From assembly GCA_003514005.1 (NCBI GenBank), contig DOSJ01000004.1:101533-165532 (forward strand): DNA of 64,000 nucleotides, written 5' to 3'. The position numbers and the translations under genes are program-made. Below, one piece after another: positions 26,959-35,553 of this stretch (position 1 is its first letter; every line of letters starts with the position of its first letter). The notes beneath the pieces are model-generated. The model saw only the letters and a program-made list of their open reading frames with translations. It was not told the DNA's origin and made no database searches. Source of the stretch: Candidatus Falkowbacteria bacterium. GTDB lineage: Bacteria > Patescibacteriota > Patescibacteriia > Patescibacteriales > UBA12075.

Positions 26959-27453
26959 ATGATTAAACATAAAGAGCAGAGGATTGGGGTGCTGGTGGAT
27001 GTTTCCAATATGTACCACTCTGCTAAGAATTTATACCATAAGCGCGTTAATTATAAGGAAGTGCTTAAGGACGTTGTAGCGGGGCGCAAACTGATTCGCG
27101 CGATTGCTTATGTTATCAAGACTGAGTCAGAGGAAGAAATGCCTTTTTTTGAAGCGCTTTCTCAGCAGGGGTTTGAGGTGCGGATGAAAGATTTGCAAAT
27201 ATTTGCCGGCGGTGCCAAAAAAGCCGATTGGGATGTTGGCATCGCCATGGACGCAATCAAGCTTGCGCGGAATCTTGATGTTATCGTTTTGGTGTCCGGT
27301 GATGGCGATTATTTACCTTTGATGAATTATTTGCAAAGCACAACCGGCTGTCTTGTAGAAATTGCCGGTTTTCGCCAAACAACATCGTCTAAACTGATTG
27401 AAGAGGCGGATGATTTTATTAATTTGAGTGAGAATAAGAAGTTCTTGCTTTAA
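26959..27453 (+). CDS. NYN-domain (LabA/DUF88-like) predicted RNase
   Basis: IGVLVDVSNMYHSAKNLY and VLVSGDGDYLPL are NYN/LabA hallmarks. 164 aa. Confidence 0.85.
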   Translation: MIKHKEQRIGVLVDVSNMYHSAKNLYHKRVNYKEVLKDVVAGRKLIRAIAYVIKTESEEEMPFFEALSQQGFEVRMKDLQIFAGGAKKADWDVGIAMDAIKLARNLDVIVLVSGDGDYLPLMNYLQSTTGCLVEIAGFRQTTSSKLIEEADDFINLSENKKFLL

Positions 27454-27462
27454 TAATGCAAA

Positions 27463-27531
27463 AAATTTCTAAATTATAATGTCTAATTTCTAAATTCTAT
27501 TTTAGAAATTAGACATTATAATTTAGAAATT
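27463..27531. repeat. hairpin repeat, ttctaaattataatgtctaatttctaa family (copy 2; ~31-bp perfect stem)
   Basis: aaatttctaaattataatgtctaatttctaaa / tttagaaattagacattataatttagaaatt. Confidence 0.85.
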
Positions 27532-27617
27532 ATTTTATTAAAATATGGCTTGGCCATGAGATAAATAGTGCTGTGAGTAAGCTCATAGTCCTGTAATTTC
27601 ATTGCCAAGCAGAACTA

Positions 27618-27691
27618 AGTTCAAAGTTGGAAAGTTTAAAGTTATAAAGTTATTAATATGCTTTATGCTTTATAACTTTAAACTTTGTACT
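27618..27691. repeat. hairpin repeat, ataaagtt/aactttat word family (copy 1)
   Basis: agttcaaagttggaaagtttaaagttataaagttatt / atgctttataactttaaactttgtact, immediately upstream of the pnp start. Confidence 0.8.
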
Positions 27692-27701
27692 AACCAAAAA
27701 T

Positions 27702-29981
27702 ATGAATAATGAACAAGTATTCATTACTGAGTGGCTTGGCAGAACACTCACTATCAAAACCGGAAAGCTTGCTAAGCAGGCTGATGCCGCGGTAACCGTG
27801 CAATACGGCGATACCGTTGTTTTGGCTACGGTTGTTGAGGCAAAAACCGAAAGAGAAGGGATTGATTATTTCCCTTTGATGGTGGATTTTGAAGAAAAAT
27901 TGTATGCTGCCGGAATTATTAAGGGCTCGCGCTGGATCAAGCGTGAAGGCCGTCCAACAGATGAGTCCGTATTATCCGGTCGCATGATAGATCGCGCTTT
28001 GCGTCCGCTTTTTGATGACAGCTCGCGCAAAGACGTTCAGGTCGTGGTTACGATTTTGAGCGCTGATCAGGAGAATGATCACGATATCGTCGCCATAATC
28101 GCGGCTTCTGCGGCCTTGTCCATTTCCGGAGTAAAATGGGCCGGACCGATCGGTGGTATTCGCGTTGGACGCGATAAAGAAGGCAAATTTGTTTTTAATC
28201 CGACATACGCGGAACGTTTAGAAAGCGATTTGGATTTGATTGTTGCCGGTACCGTAGAAAAATCCATTATGATCGAAGCGGGAGCAAAAGAAGTAAATGA
28301 AAATGATATGTACGAGGCGATCGTAGCCGGGCAAAAAGAGATGCAGGCCGCTATTGCTTTGATTCATGAACTAAAGTCGCAGGTAATGCCCAAGGAAAAA
28401 ACAGAAAAAACCGAAAGAAAAAGCGAGGATGAATTAAAGTCAATCGCAGAAAAGAAAAAAATTATTGAAGTAGCGGAAGTGTGGCTAAAAGACAATGTTA
28501 ATAAAATATTGTTTGATAAAACCTATTATACAAAAGGCGAAAGAAAGTTGGCTGTAGCTGAAATTAAAAATCAGCTTGATGCATATTTGTTTGAAAAAGG
28601 TATTGGAAAGGATTTGCGTTCTTATGCAATAGCAAGAACGGCGGAAGCGGCCATTGATTTTGAAATTACTAATGAGATTTTAAAAAATGATCGCAGAGTA
28701 GATGGTCGTGGTATCAAAGAAATCCGAAATCTTGAAGCTGATGTCAATGTTTTGCCAAGAAACCACGGTGCCGGACTTTTTTCTCGCGGAGAAACCCAGG
28801 TAATGTCTATCGTTACTTTGGGAGCGGCCGGTTTGGCGCAGACTTTGGAAGGTATCGAAGGAACAAGCGAAAAAAGATACATGCATCATTATAATTTCCC
28901 GTCTTTTTCCGTGGGTGAAGCCAAGCCAAACCGCGGACCAAGCCGTCGTGATATTGGTCATGGCGCTTTGGCTGAAAAAGCCTTGGAACCGGTATTGCCG
29001 ATTAAAGAAGATTTTCCTTATACCATTCGCGTGGTATCGGAAACTCTCGGTTCAAATGGATCATCGTCTATGGGCGCGACTTGCGCTTCGACGCTTGCCC
29101 TAATGCATGCCGGCGTGCCGATTAAAAAAGCGGTTGCCGGTTTGGCAATCGGTTTGGCATCCAACGACGATATGAGCGAATGGAAAGTGATTACCGATAT
29201 CCAAGACCTGGAAGACGGCAAAGGCGGAATGGATTTTAAAGTAACCGGTACGGCTGACGGCATTACGGCGATTCAATTGGATACAAAAACAAACGGACTG
29301 GTTCCGGAAATAATCAAAGAAGCATTAGCGCAAGCGCGCGCTGGCCGTATGCAGATTTTGGAAGTAATGAAAGAAGCGATTCCAGAACCAAACAAAGAAT
29401 TATCACCGTACGCCCCAAGAATCACAAGCTTCCATATCAATCCGGATAAAATCCGCGAAGTTATCGGAACCGGCGGCAAAGTCATTAATGAAATTATCGC
29501 GGCTTGCGATGTGCAGATCGATATCGACGATGATGGTTTGGTTATGGTTTGCGGTACGAATGCCGAAGGCGCGGAAAAAGCGGTAAATTGGATCAAGGAC
29601 ATTGTTCGAGAACTGCAAGCCGGAGAAATCTTTGATGGCAAAGTCGTTCGCATTTTGGACTTCGGCGCTTTTGTTGAGCTGCTTCCCGGACGCGACGGTA
29701 TGGTGCATGTTTCAAAACTTGCGCCATATCGCATTGGGAAACCAAGCGATTTTGTAAATGTCGGCGATATTGTCCGCGTCAAGATTGACGAGATCGATGA
29801 CCAAGGACGAGTTAATCTAACCATGCTGGGCTTGCCTGAAAACGAGCACCTTTGGAAAGAAGAAAAAGGCAAGCAAGTTGGCGGCGGATTCGGCGGCAGT
29901 AGCAACGGCGGAGGAAGATTCAACGACCGCAGACCAAGCGGAGGAAGTCGCGGTGGATTTGGCGGGGGTCAGAGAAGATAA
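27702..29981 (+). CDS. pnp: polyribonucleotide nucleotidyltransferase (PNPase) with Gly/Arg-rich C-terminal tail
   Basis: Two RNase PH domains, KH and S1 regions recognisable (e.g. GETQVMSIVTLG, GHGALAEKAL, GSNGSSSMGATCASTLALM, GEIFDGKVVRILDFGAFVEL). The tail is GGGFGGSSNGGGRFNDRRPSGGSRGGFGGGQRR. Confidence 0.97.
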   Translation: MNNEQVFITEWLGRTLTIKTGKLAKQADAAVTVQYGDTVVLATVVEAKTEREGIDYFPLMVDFEEKLYAAGIIKGSRWIKREGRPTDESVLSGRMIDRALRPLFDDSSRKDVQVVVTILSADQENDHDIVAIIAASAALSISGVKWAGPIGGIRVGRDKEGKFVFNPTYAERLESDLDLIVAGTVEKSIMIEAGAKEVNENDMYEAIVAGQKEMQAAIALIHELKSQVMPKEKTEKTERKSEDELKSIAEKKKIIEVAEVWLKDNVNKILFDKTYYTKGERKLAVAEIKNQLDAYLFEKGIGKDLRSYAIARTAEAAIDFEITNEILKNDRRVDGRGIKEIRNLEADVNVLPRNHGAGLFSRGETQVMSIVTLGAAGLAQTLEGIEGTSEKRYMHHYNFPSFSVGEAKPNRGPSRRDIGHGALAEKALEPVLPIKEDFPYTIRVVSETLGSNGSSSMGATCASTLALMHAGVPIKKAVAGLAIGLASNDDMSEWKVITDIQDLEDGKGGMDFKVTGTADGITAIQLDTKTNGLVPEIIKEALAQARAGRMQILEVMKEAIPEPNKELSPYAPRITSFHINPDKIREVIGTGGKVINEIIAACDVQIDIDDDGLVMVCGTNAEGAEKAVNWIKDIVRELQAGEIFDGKVVRILDFGAFVELLPGRDGMVHVSKLAPYRIGKPSDFVNVGDIVRVKIDEIDDQGRVNLTMLGLPENEHLWKEEKGKQVGGGFGGSSNGGGRFNDRRPSGGSRGGFGGGQRR

Positions 29982-30001
29982 AAAAATATCATCACTTAAA
30001 T

Positions 30002-30035
30002 AAAAAAACACCGGAAATTTTCCGGTGTTTTTTTG
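30002..30035. terminator. bidirectional intrinsic terminator between pnp and pgi/pmi
   Basis: aaaaaaacaccggaaa-tt-ttccggtgttttttt, with A-run and T-run on either side. Confidence 0.8.
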
Positions 30036-30052
30036 CGTAATCATTTATGATT

Positions 30053-31054
30053 TTAAGCAAGCATTTTTTTTAGGTCTTCAACCATATCGACCGGGGTTGG
30101 ATCTTGGCCGTATGCCAGAGCTAAATAGTAGGATGCCCAGTCTCCGAGCGCTAATGTGCTGAATATTTTATTGAATATTCCATTTTCCGGCATTTCGATT
30201 ATGGTCGCGCTTACGTCTTTTTTCTTTAGAAGCAGGGCGGTCGTGCGCATTCTTTTATTATTTTGCGGATGGTCTTTTTTGTCCATAAGCATGATGACAT
30301 GAAATTTTCCTTGCGGAAGGGTATAGCCGACCATTTCATTGTGGTTTAATTCCGGAAAAAAATTATAGAATGCCGGGGTTTTTGCGTTTTCATTTATTTT
30401 GATTTTCCAAATCATTGCGAGCGCCTTGTATTCGGTTGATGCATAGATGACAGGAGTTTTCTTGACTAAAGAGTTGGCAATTTTTTTCCCTTGGCTTTCC
30501 AGTTTGATAATATTTTTTTCAAGTTTTTCCGCTTCTTCGATTATTTTTTTTGTTTCATCTTTGACCATATACATGTTTACCAGTATTTGGTACATAGCGG
30601 CAAAGAAGTAACCAGTGGCAAAACGCGGCTGAATGCCTTTTGGTAAAATGACGCAAGGAGTGTTGTTTTTTTGGCATAATTCGAGTAGTTTTCCGCCGGT
30701 TGCCAAACCGATTGATGGTAGCTTTTTTTTAATCGCTTCTTTAAAAGACGAAATAGTTTCTTCTGTATTGCCGGAATAAGAAGCAAAAAAATTCAAGCAA
30801 TTGTCATAGGCTTCATGCGGAAGGGAATAAAAACGATTTTGAAAAATAGCGAGTTTTTTTTTGTCGTTTTGGTTGCAAAAAATCCTAAGGATATTTGCAG
30901 GCAAGGATGATCCGCCCATGCCGGAAATTTCAAGTGACTTAAACTTTCCCTTAATCTTAATGTTTTTTGCCAGATTAAAGCCTTCTTTGAATTGCTTCGA
31001 AGAAGACAAAATAATACTACGCAGATCGCTTTTATCAAGTGAATTTTTTTTCAT
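30053..31054 (-). CDS. bifunctional phosphoglucose/phosphomannose isomerase family (SIS domain)
   Basis: ISGMGGSSLPANIL and SYSGNTEETIS are SIS motifs. The size (333 aa) and C-terminal pattern are typical of the PGI/PMI family. Confidence 0.8.
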   Translation of the reverse strand: MKKNSLDKSDLRSIILSSSKQFKEGFNLAKNIKIKGKFKSLEISGMGGSSLPANILRIFCNQNDKKKLAIFQNRFYSLPHEAYDNCLNFFASYSGNTEETISSFKEAIKKKLPSIGLATGGKLLELCQKNNTPCVILPKGIQPRFATGYFFAAMYQILVNMYMVKDETKKIIEEAEKLEKNIIKLESQGKKIANSLVKKTPVIYASTEYKALAMIWKIKINENAKTPAFYNFFPELNHNEMVGYTLPQGKFHVIMLMDKKDHPQNNKRMRTTALLLKKKDVSATIIEMPENGIFNKIFSTLALGDWASYYLALAYGQDPTPVDMVEDLKKMLA

Positions 31055-31306
31055 AAGGATGAGTTTATTTTTAAAATATTAAATAGTTCGTTAACATATT
31101 CTGTGAGCATTTCACGTCTGTGCCGGCCGAAAATATGTCGGAGAACCAATAAAGATATTGTATCATTTTTTTGAAAAAATAGAAATAATTTCAATATTTT
31201 CTCTTGATTTTTTATATGACTTATGGTAATTTTATAAAAGATAAGTAAAGACGACAAAATCAGAATATGCTGGATGTCGTCTATTTTATATATTAAGAAT
31301 AAACCT

Positions 31307-32020
31307 ATGTCAGGACATTCAAAATGGGCGACAATTAAACGAAAAAAGGAGGTTACGGACTCTAAACGCGGAGCCGTATTTACAAAATTGGGAAATATTA
31401 TCAGTATCGCGGCCAGGGAAAAAGGCGGCGATATTGAGACGAATTTTTCTTTGCGCATGGCAGTTGAAAAAGCCAAAGCCGCGAATATGCCAAAAGAAAA
31501 TATCGAGCGCGCGATCAAGCGCGGTACGGGCGAAGGTGGCGGAGAGCAGATTGTTGAATTGATTTATGAAGGAATCGGACCGGCTAATTCGCAGTTTATT
31601 GTAAAAGTTTTGACTGATAATAAAAACCGCAGCGCCGCGTCCGTGCGCCATGCTTTTACAAAATATGGCGGATCGCTTGGGACTGTGATGTGGAATTTTG
31701 AGCAGAAAGGAGTGATTCGAGTGTCGAGTGTCGAATTTCGAATTTCGAATGACGAAGATGAGCTAGAGTTGATTGAAGCAGGCGCTGACGATATTTTAAA
31801 AGAAGAGGAGGGAGTAACTATTTATACAAAGCCGGAGAATTTGCAGAAGGTTAAGAAGTTTTTGGATGAGAAAAAAATTAATACAGAATCTGCAGAAATT
31901 GAGTATATTGCGAAAGACGAGGTTGAGATTAGCGGGGAAGATAAAGAAAAGATTGAAAAATTTATTGATGAGTTGGATGGCATTGAAGACGTTTCGGATT
32001 ATTATAATAATGTATTGTGA
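31307..32020 (+). CDS. yebC: YebC/PmpR family DNA-binding transcriptional regulator
   Basis: MSGHSKWATIKRKKEVTDSKRGAVFTKL is the canonical N-terminus. The track start 31274 adds 11 non-homologous codons. Confidence 0.9.
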   Translation: MSGHSKWATIKRKKEVTDSKRGAVFTKLGNIISIAAREKGGDIETNFSLRMAVEKAKAANMPKENIERAIKRGTGEGGGEQIVELIYEGIGPANSQFIVKVLTDNKNRSAASVRHAFTKYGGSLGTVMWNFEQKGVIRVSSVEFRISNDEDELELIEAGADDILKEEEGVTIYTKPENLQKVKKFLDEKKINTESAEIEYIAKDEVEISGEDKEKIEKFIDELDGIEDVSDYYNNVL

Positions 32021-32025
32021 TTTTA

Positions 32026-32118
32026 GTAGGTAGCAGTAAGCCTGTAGCCTGTAGCTCGTAGCAGGTAGCAGGTAGCTTTTTAGAATGTAAATAATTGCTA
32101 AACGCTACAGGCTATAAG
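32026..32118. repeat. hairpin/word repeat gtagc(a/c)(g/t)
   Basis: agtaggtagcagtaagcctgtagcctgtagctcgtagcaggtagcaggtagc ... gctaaacgctacaggctataag. Confidence 0.7.
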
Positions 32119-32128
32119 TTAATAATCT

Positions 32129-32617
32129 ATGAATAACATAATTTTAGGCATTGATCCCGGTATTGCCGATACTGGTTGGGGCGTAATCCAGGTAGAAAAA
32201 AATGGCAGTTTAAAATGCCTTGGTTATGGCACGATAAAGACCAAGGCAAATACGGATTTGTTCAAGAGATTGGAAATAATAAATTTAGAGCTTAAAACAT
32301 TAATCGATAAATATAAGCCGGATTTGGCGGCGGTGGAGGAATTGTTTTTTTGCAATAACGCCAAAACGGCGCTCGTCGTCGGTCAAGCGCGCGGAGTCGT
32401 GCTTTTGACAATCCGTCAAAGCGAGGTATCGTTTGTCGAATTTACGCCTCTGCAGGTAAAACAGGCAGTATCGACATATGGTCGCGCCAGTAAATTACAG
32501 ATTCAGAAAATGGTAAAATTAATTTTGAATCTAAAAGAACTTCCGCGTCCAGACGACGCGGCAGATGCGCTCGCGATTGCGATATGCGCGGTTAATAGTT
32601 TTAAGTATAAAGTATAA
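32129..32617 (+). CDS. ruvC: crossover junction endodeoxyribonuclease RuvC
   Basis: ILGIDPGIADTGWGVI, AVEELFF and DAADALAIAIC are RuvC catalytic motifs. Confidence 0.92.
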   Translation: MNNIILGIDPGIADTGWGVIQVEKNGSLKCLGYGTIKTKANTDLFKRLEIINLELKTLIDKYKPDLAAVEELFFCNNAKTALVVGQARGVVLLTIRQSEVSFVEFTPLQVKQAVSTYGRASKLQIQKMVKLILNLKELPRPDDAADALAIAICAVNSFKYKV

Positions 32618-32709
32618 AGTTAAAAGTTATAAAGTTATTATTAAAAAAGTTTAAGCTTTATAACTTTTAACTTAATACTTTATAACTTTACACTTTATAA
32701 CTTTAAACT
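32598..32709. repeat. hairpin repeat, ataaagtt/aactttat word family (copy 2); left arm overlaps the ruvC 3' end
   Basis: agttttaagtataaagtataaagttaaaagttataaagttatt / aagtttaagctttataacttttaacttaatactttataactttacactttataactttaaact. Confidence 0.8.
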
Positions 32710-32717
32710 ACGAAAGA

Positions 32718-34181
32718 ATGTCTAAAAAATTAAAAATAGTATCAATCGCATCTGAAGTTGCTCCGTTCTCAAAGACCGGCGGACTAGCTGATGTTGCTCG
32801 CAGTTTGCCCAAGGCACTAAAACGTTTGGGTCATGATGTAATCGTGATTACGCCAATGTACGGCAAGATTATTGATAAGAAAAAAAACGATTTAAAATTG
32901 ATTTTTTCTGACGTTAAAGTATATCTAAATTCAACAGAAACGGTGCAAGTCAATTTTTGGAAAGGCTACTTAATGGAAGGTTTGCCGATATATTTTATTG
33001 AAAACAAAAAATATTTTTCGCAAAGAAAAAGTATTTACGGTTCGACACATGAGAACGCGCGCTTTTTAATTTTTGATGTTTCTGCTCTGAAACTGATTTC
33101 GCTTTTGAAATACGAAGCTGATATTGTTCACTGTCATGATTGGCAGACCGGACTTATTCCTTTTTATTTAAAAACCGATTTTCGTTATTCCAAAACGCTT
33201 AGCAAAGCGAAAACTATTTTTACTATTCATAATTTGGTTTTTCAATTTGGTAGGAATTGGTGGGAAGTACCACAAGATAAAAAAGATTTTGGACGCAAAC
33301 GCTTGCCGCATATTTCTGACCCGGATGTTGAATATTTGAATTTTGTAAAAAGGGCGATTCTTTCGGCGGATATAATCAATACTGTCAGTGAGCAGTATCG
33401 CGAAGAGATTATGACCAAGAATTTTGGGCAAGATTTGCACCGGATCTTAAAAAATCGCGAAGGTCGTTTGTTTGGTATTGTTAATGGCATAGATTATAAA
33501 GCGTATAATCCGCAAAATGATCCGGCGCTTATTAGTAATTTTACGCACAAAAAAGTTCATCGTAAAAAACTTAACAAAGAATATTTACAGAAAAAATTCG
33601 GTTTGCCAATCAATCGTGATATTCCCTTGATTTGCGCGACATCACGCGTTGCCTACCAAAAAGGAACAGAATTGATTATCAAAATTTTTGAACATTTATC
33701 CAGTATCAACGCACAATTCATTATAATGGGTGATGGTGACAAAGGTTATCTTAGTAAATTAAAAAAAATTAAACAAAATTATCCAAAAAAATTAGCTTTG
33801 CTTTCTTTTTCAGATAATCATAAAGATGAAACATTGCTCTATGCCGGATCTGATTTTTTTCTATTACCATCCCATCATGAGCCGTGCGGCTTAAATCAGA
33901 TGATTGCCATGCGTTATGGTGCGGTACCGATAGTTAGAAAAGTTGGAGGACTTCACGATACAGTTAAAAATTATAATGCGGAAAAAAATACAGGTACCGG
34001 TTTTGTTTTTGAAAAATTTAATGAGATTTTTTTATACGAGGCGATAATGCGTGCGTTGGAACTGCGGAAAAATTCAAAAGCTTTTCGCGATATGGTTGTG
34101 CGGATTATGCAAGAGTCAAATTCTTGGGAAATTCCCGCGAAGAAATATTTGGCGCTTTTTAAGAAGGCGATGAGAGGATAG
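32718..34181 (+). CDS. glgA: glycogen/starch synthase (GT5), copy 1
   Basis: N-terminal SEVAPFSKTGGLADV, HCHDWQTG and EPCGLNQMIAMRYG. Confidence 0.9.
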   Translation: MSKKLKIVSIASEVAPFSKTGGLADVARSLPKALKRLGHDVIVITPMYGKIIDKKKNDLKLIFSDVKVYLNSTETVQVNFWKGYLMEGLPIYFIENKKYFSQRKSIYGSTHENARFLIFDVSALKLISLLKYEADIVHCHDWQTGLIPFYLKTDFRYSKTLSKAKTIFTIHNLVFQFGRNWWEVPQDKKDFGRKRLPHISDPDVEYLNFVKRAILSADIINTVSEQYREEIMTKNFGQDLHRILKNREGRLFGIVNGIDYKAYNPQNDPALISNFTHKKVHRKKLNKEYLQKKFGLPINRDIPLICATSRVAYQKGTELIIKIFEHLSSINAQFIIMGDGDKGYLSKLKKIKQNYPKKLALLSFSDNHKDETLLYAGSDFFLLPSHHEPCGLNQMIAMRYGAVPIVRKVGGLHDTVKNYNAEKNTGTGFVFEKFNEIFLYEAIMRALELRKNSKAFRDMVVRIMQESNSWEIPAKKYLALFKKAMRG

Positions 34182-34255
34182 AAGACGAGAAGTAAGAAGT
34201 TAGAAGTAAGAAGGATTTAAAATTTTTCTTACTTCTAACTTTTTACTTCTAACTT
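34181..34255. repeat. hairpin/word repeat agaagtaag
   Basis: gaagacgagaagtaagaagttagaagtaagaagg / ttcttacttctaactttttacttctaactt. Confidence 0.8.
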
Positions 34256-34261
34256 AAAAAT

Positions 34262-35428
34262 ATGTTGTGGATCAATTTTTTACATTTTTATCAACCCGTA
34301 AATAAAGAAGCGAGCGTTATCCGCGAGGCTACAGAAAAAAGTTTTTTACGGGTTTTGCGCGGGATAGAGGAGCACAAAGATATTAAATTCACACTTAATA
34401 TCAATGCTTGTCTTTTTTTGCGCTGGGAAGAAATGGGGTATTTTGATATTTTTGCGCGTTTAAAAAAACTTTTGAAAGCCGGCAAAATAGAACTGACCGG
34501 AAACGCGGCTTATCATCCGCTTTTGCCTTTGATACCGATTGAGGAATGCAAACGACAAATATTGGAAACAGAAAGTATTTTTAAAAAAATTTTGGGTAAT
34601 GATTTTCAGAGAAAAGGTTTTTTTATGTCGGAAATGGCATATAGCGAACCTGTGGCAATTTTGATAAAAAGCTTGGGTTATGAATGGATTGTGCTTGACG
34701 AGATTGCGTACAATGGACAATTAAATCAAATTGATTATAATAAAAATTATTTTGATAAGGCGAGCGGTTTGCAAGTGGTTTTTCGTAATCGTAAAATTTC
34801 AAATACATACGTGCCAAAAACAATAATAAAATTGTTGGAAAAAAAGAGCACAAAAACACTGATAACCGCATCTGACGGTGAACTTTACGGACTCCGTCAT
34901 GAAGACCCGACAGCAGAGTTTGAAAAAGTTTTAAAAGAGCAGAGTTTAGAGACAGCACTTTTATCATCTTTTCTTCACGTTGAAAGAGAAAGTGAAATAA
35001 TTAAGATTATTCCATCAAGCTGGGAATCAACCGAACAAGAAATTGCGGACAAGAAGCCATATTTGATCTGGCAAGACAAAGACAAAGAAATTCAGCAAAG
35101 GCTTTGGAAATTGGCGAATTTTGCTTATCAAATTTGTGAGGAATACAAGAATGATAAGAATCGTAATTGGTCGCGCTGGCATCTGGTCCGCGGATTGGCT
35201 AGCTGTACTTTTTGGTGGGCTTCGGAAAAGGATTTTAAGCACAATTTTGGCCCTTTTGCCTGGAGTCCGGATGAGATTGAGCGCGGTATGAACGAACTTG
35301 TTCGCGTCGTCCGATCAATTGATAATATTGCGAGTAGGGAGCAAAAGATACAGGCGGAAAAAATATATATTGATTTAAAAAAAATAATCTGGGAAAAGCA
35401 TTGGGAGACTTATTGGAAAAAAAAATAG
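34262..35428 (+). CDS. glycoside hydrolase family 57-like protein
   Basis: FLHFYQP (HQP-type region I), GKIELTGNAAYHP (region II) and FFMSEMAYS (region III with putative nucleophile Glu). Confidence 0.7.
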   Translation: MLWINFLHFYQPVNKEASVIREATEKSFLRVLRGIEEHKDIKFTLNINACLFLRWEEMGYFDIFARLKKLLKAGKIELTGNAAYHPLLPLIPIEECKRQILETESIFKKILGNDFQRKGFFMSEMAYSEPVAILIKSLGYEWIVLDEIAYNGQLNQIDYNKNYFDKASGLQVVFRNRKISNTYVPKTIIKLLEKKSTKTLITASDGELYGLRHEDPTAEFEKVLKEQSLETALLSSFLHVERESEIIKIIPSSWESTEQEIADKKPYLIWQDKDKEIQQRLWKLANFAYQICEEYKNDKNRNWSRWHLVRGLASCTFWWASEKDFKHNFGPFAWSPDEIERGMNELVRVVRSIDNIASREQKIQAEKIYIDLKKIIWEKHWETYWKKK

Positions 35429-35553
35429 TATAATTCGAATACTACAAATGACATTCAAATACTATAAAAATAATTTAAAATACGTTCGTTTGTTATGCGC
35501 TCTGGTCTATCAAACAGTACGACACAAATATAGATTTGCAATAACTTAAAATT

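Noticed and set aside
29273-29923. 216-aa minus-strand ORF, with others, inside pnp
   Set aside because: It is antisense to PNPase. The Pro/Ser-rich product is typical of reverse-frame artefacts.
31051-31518. 155-aa minus-strand ORF
   Set aside because: It overlaps the yebC start region and promoter on the opposite strand. It has no motif, and yebC is unambiguous.
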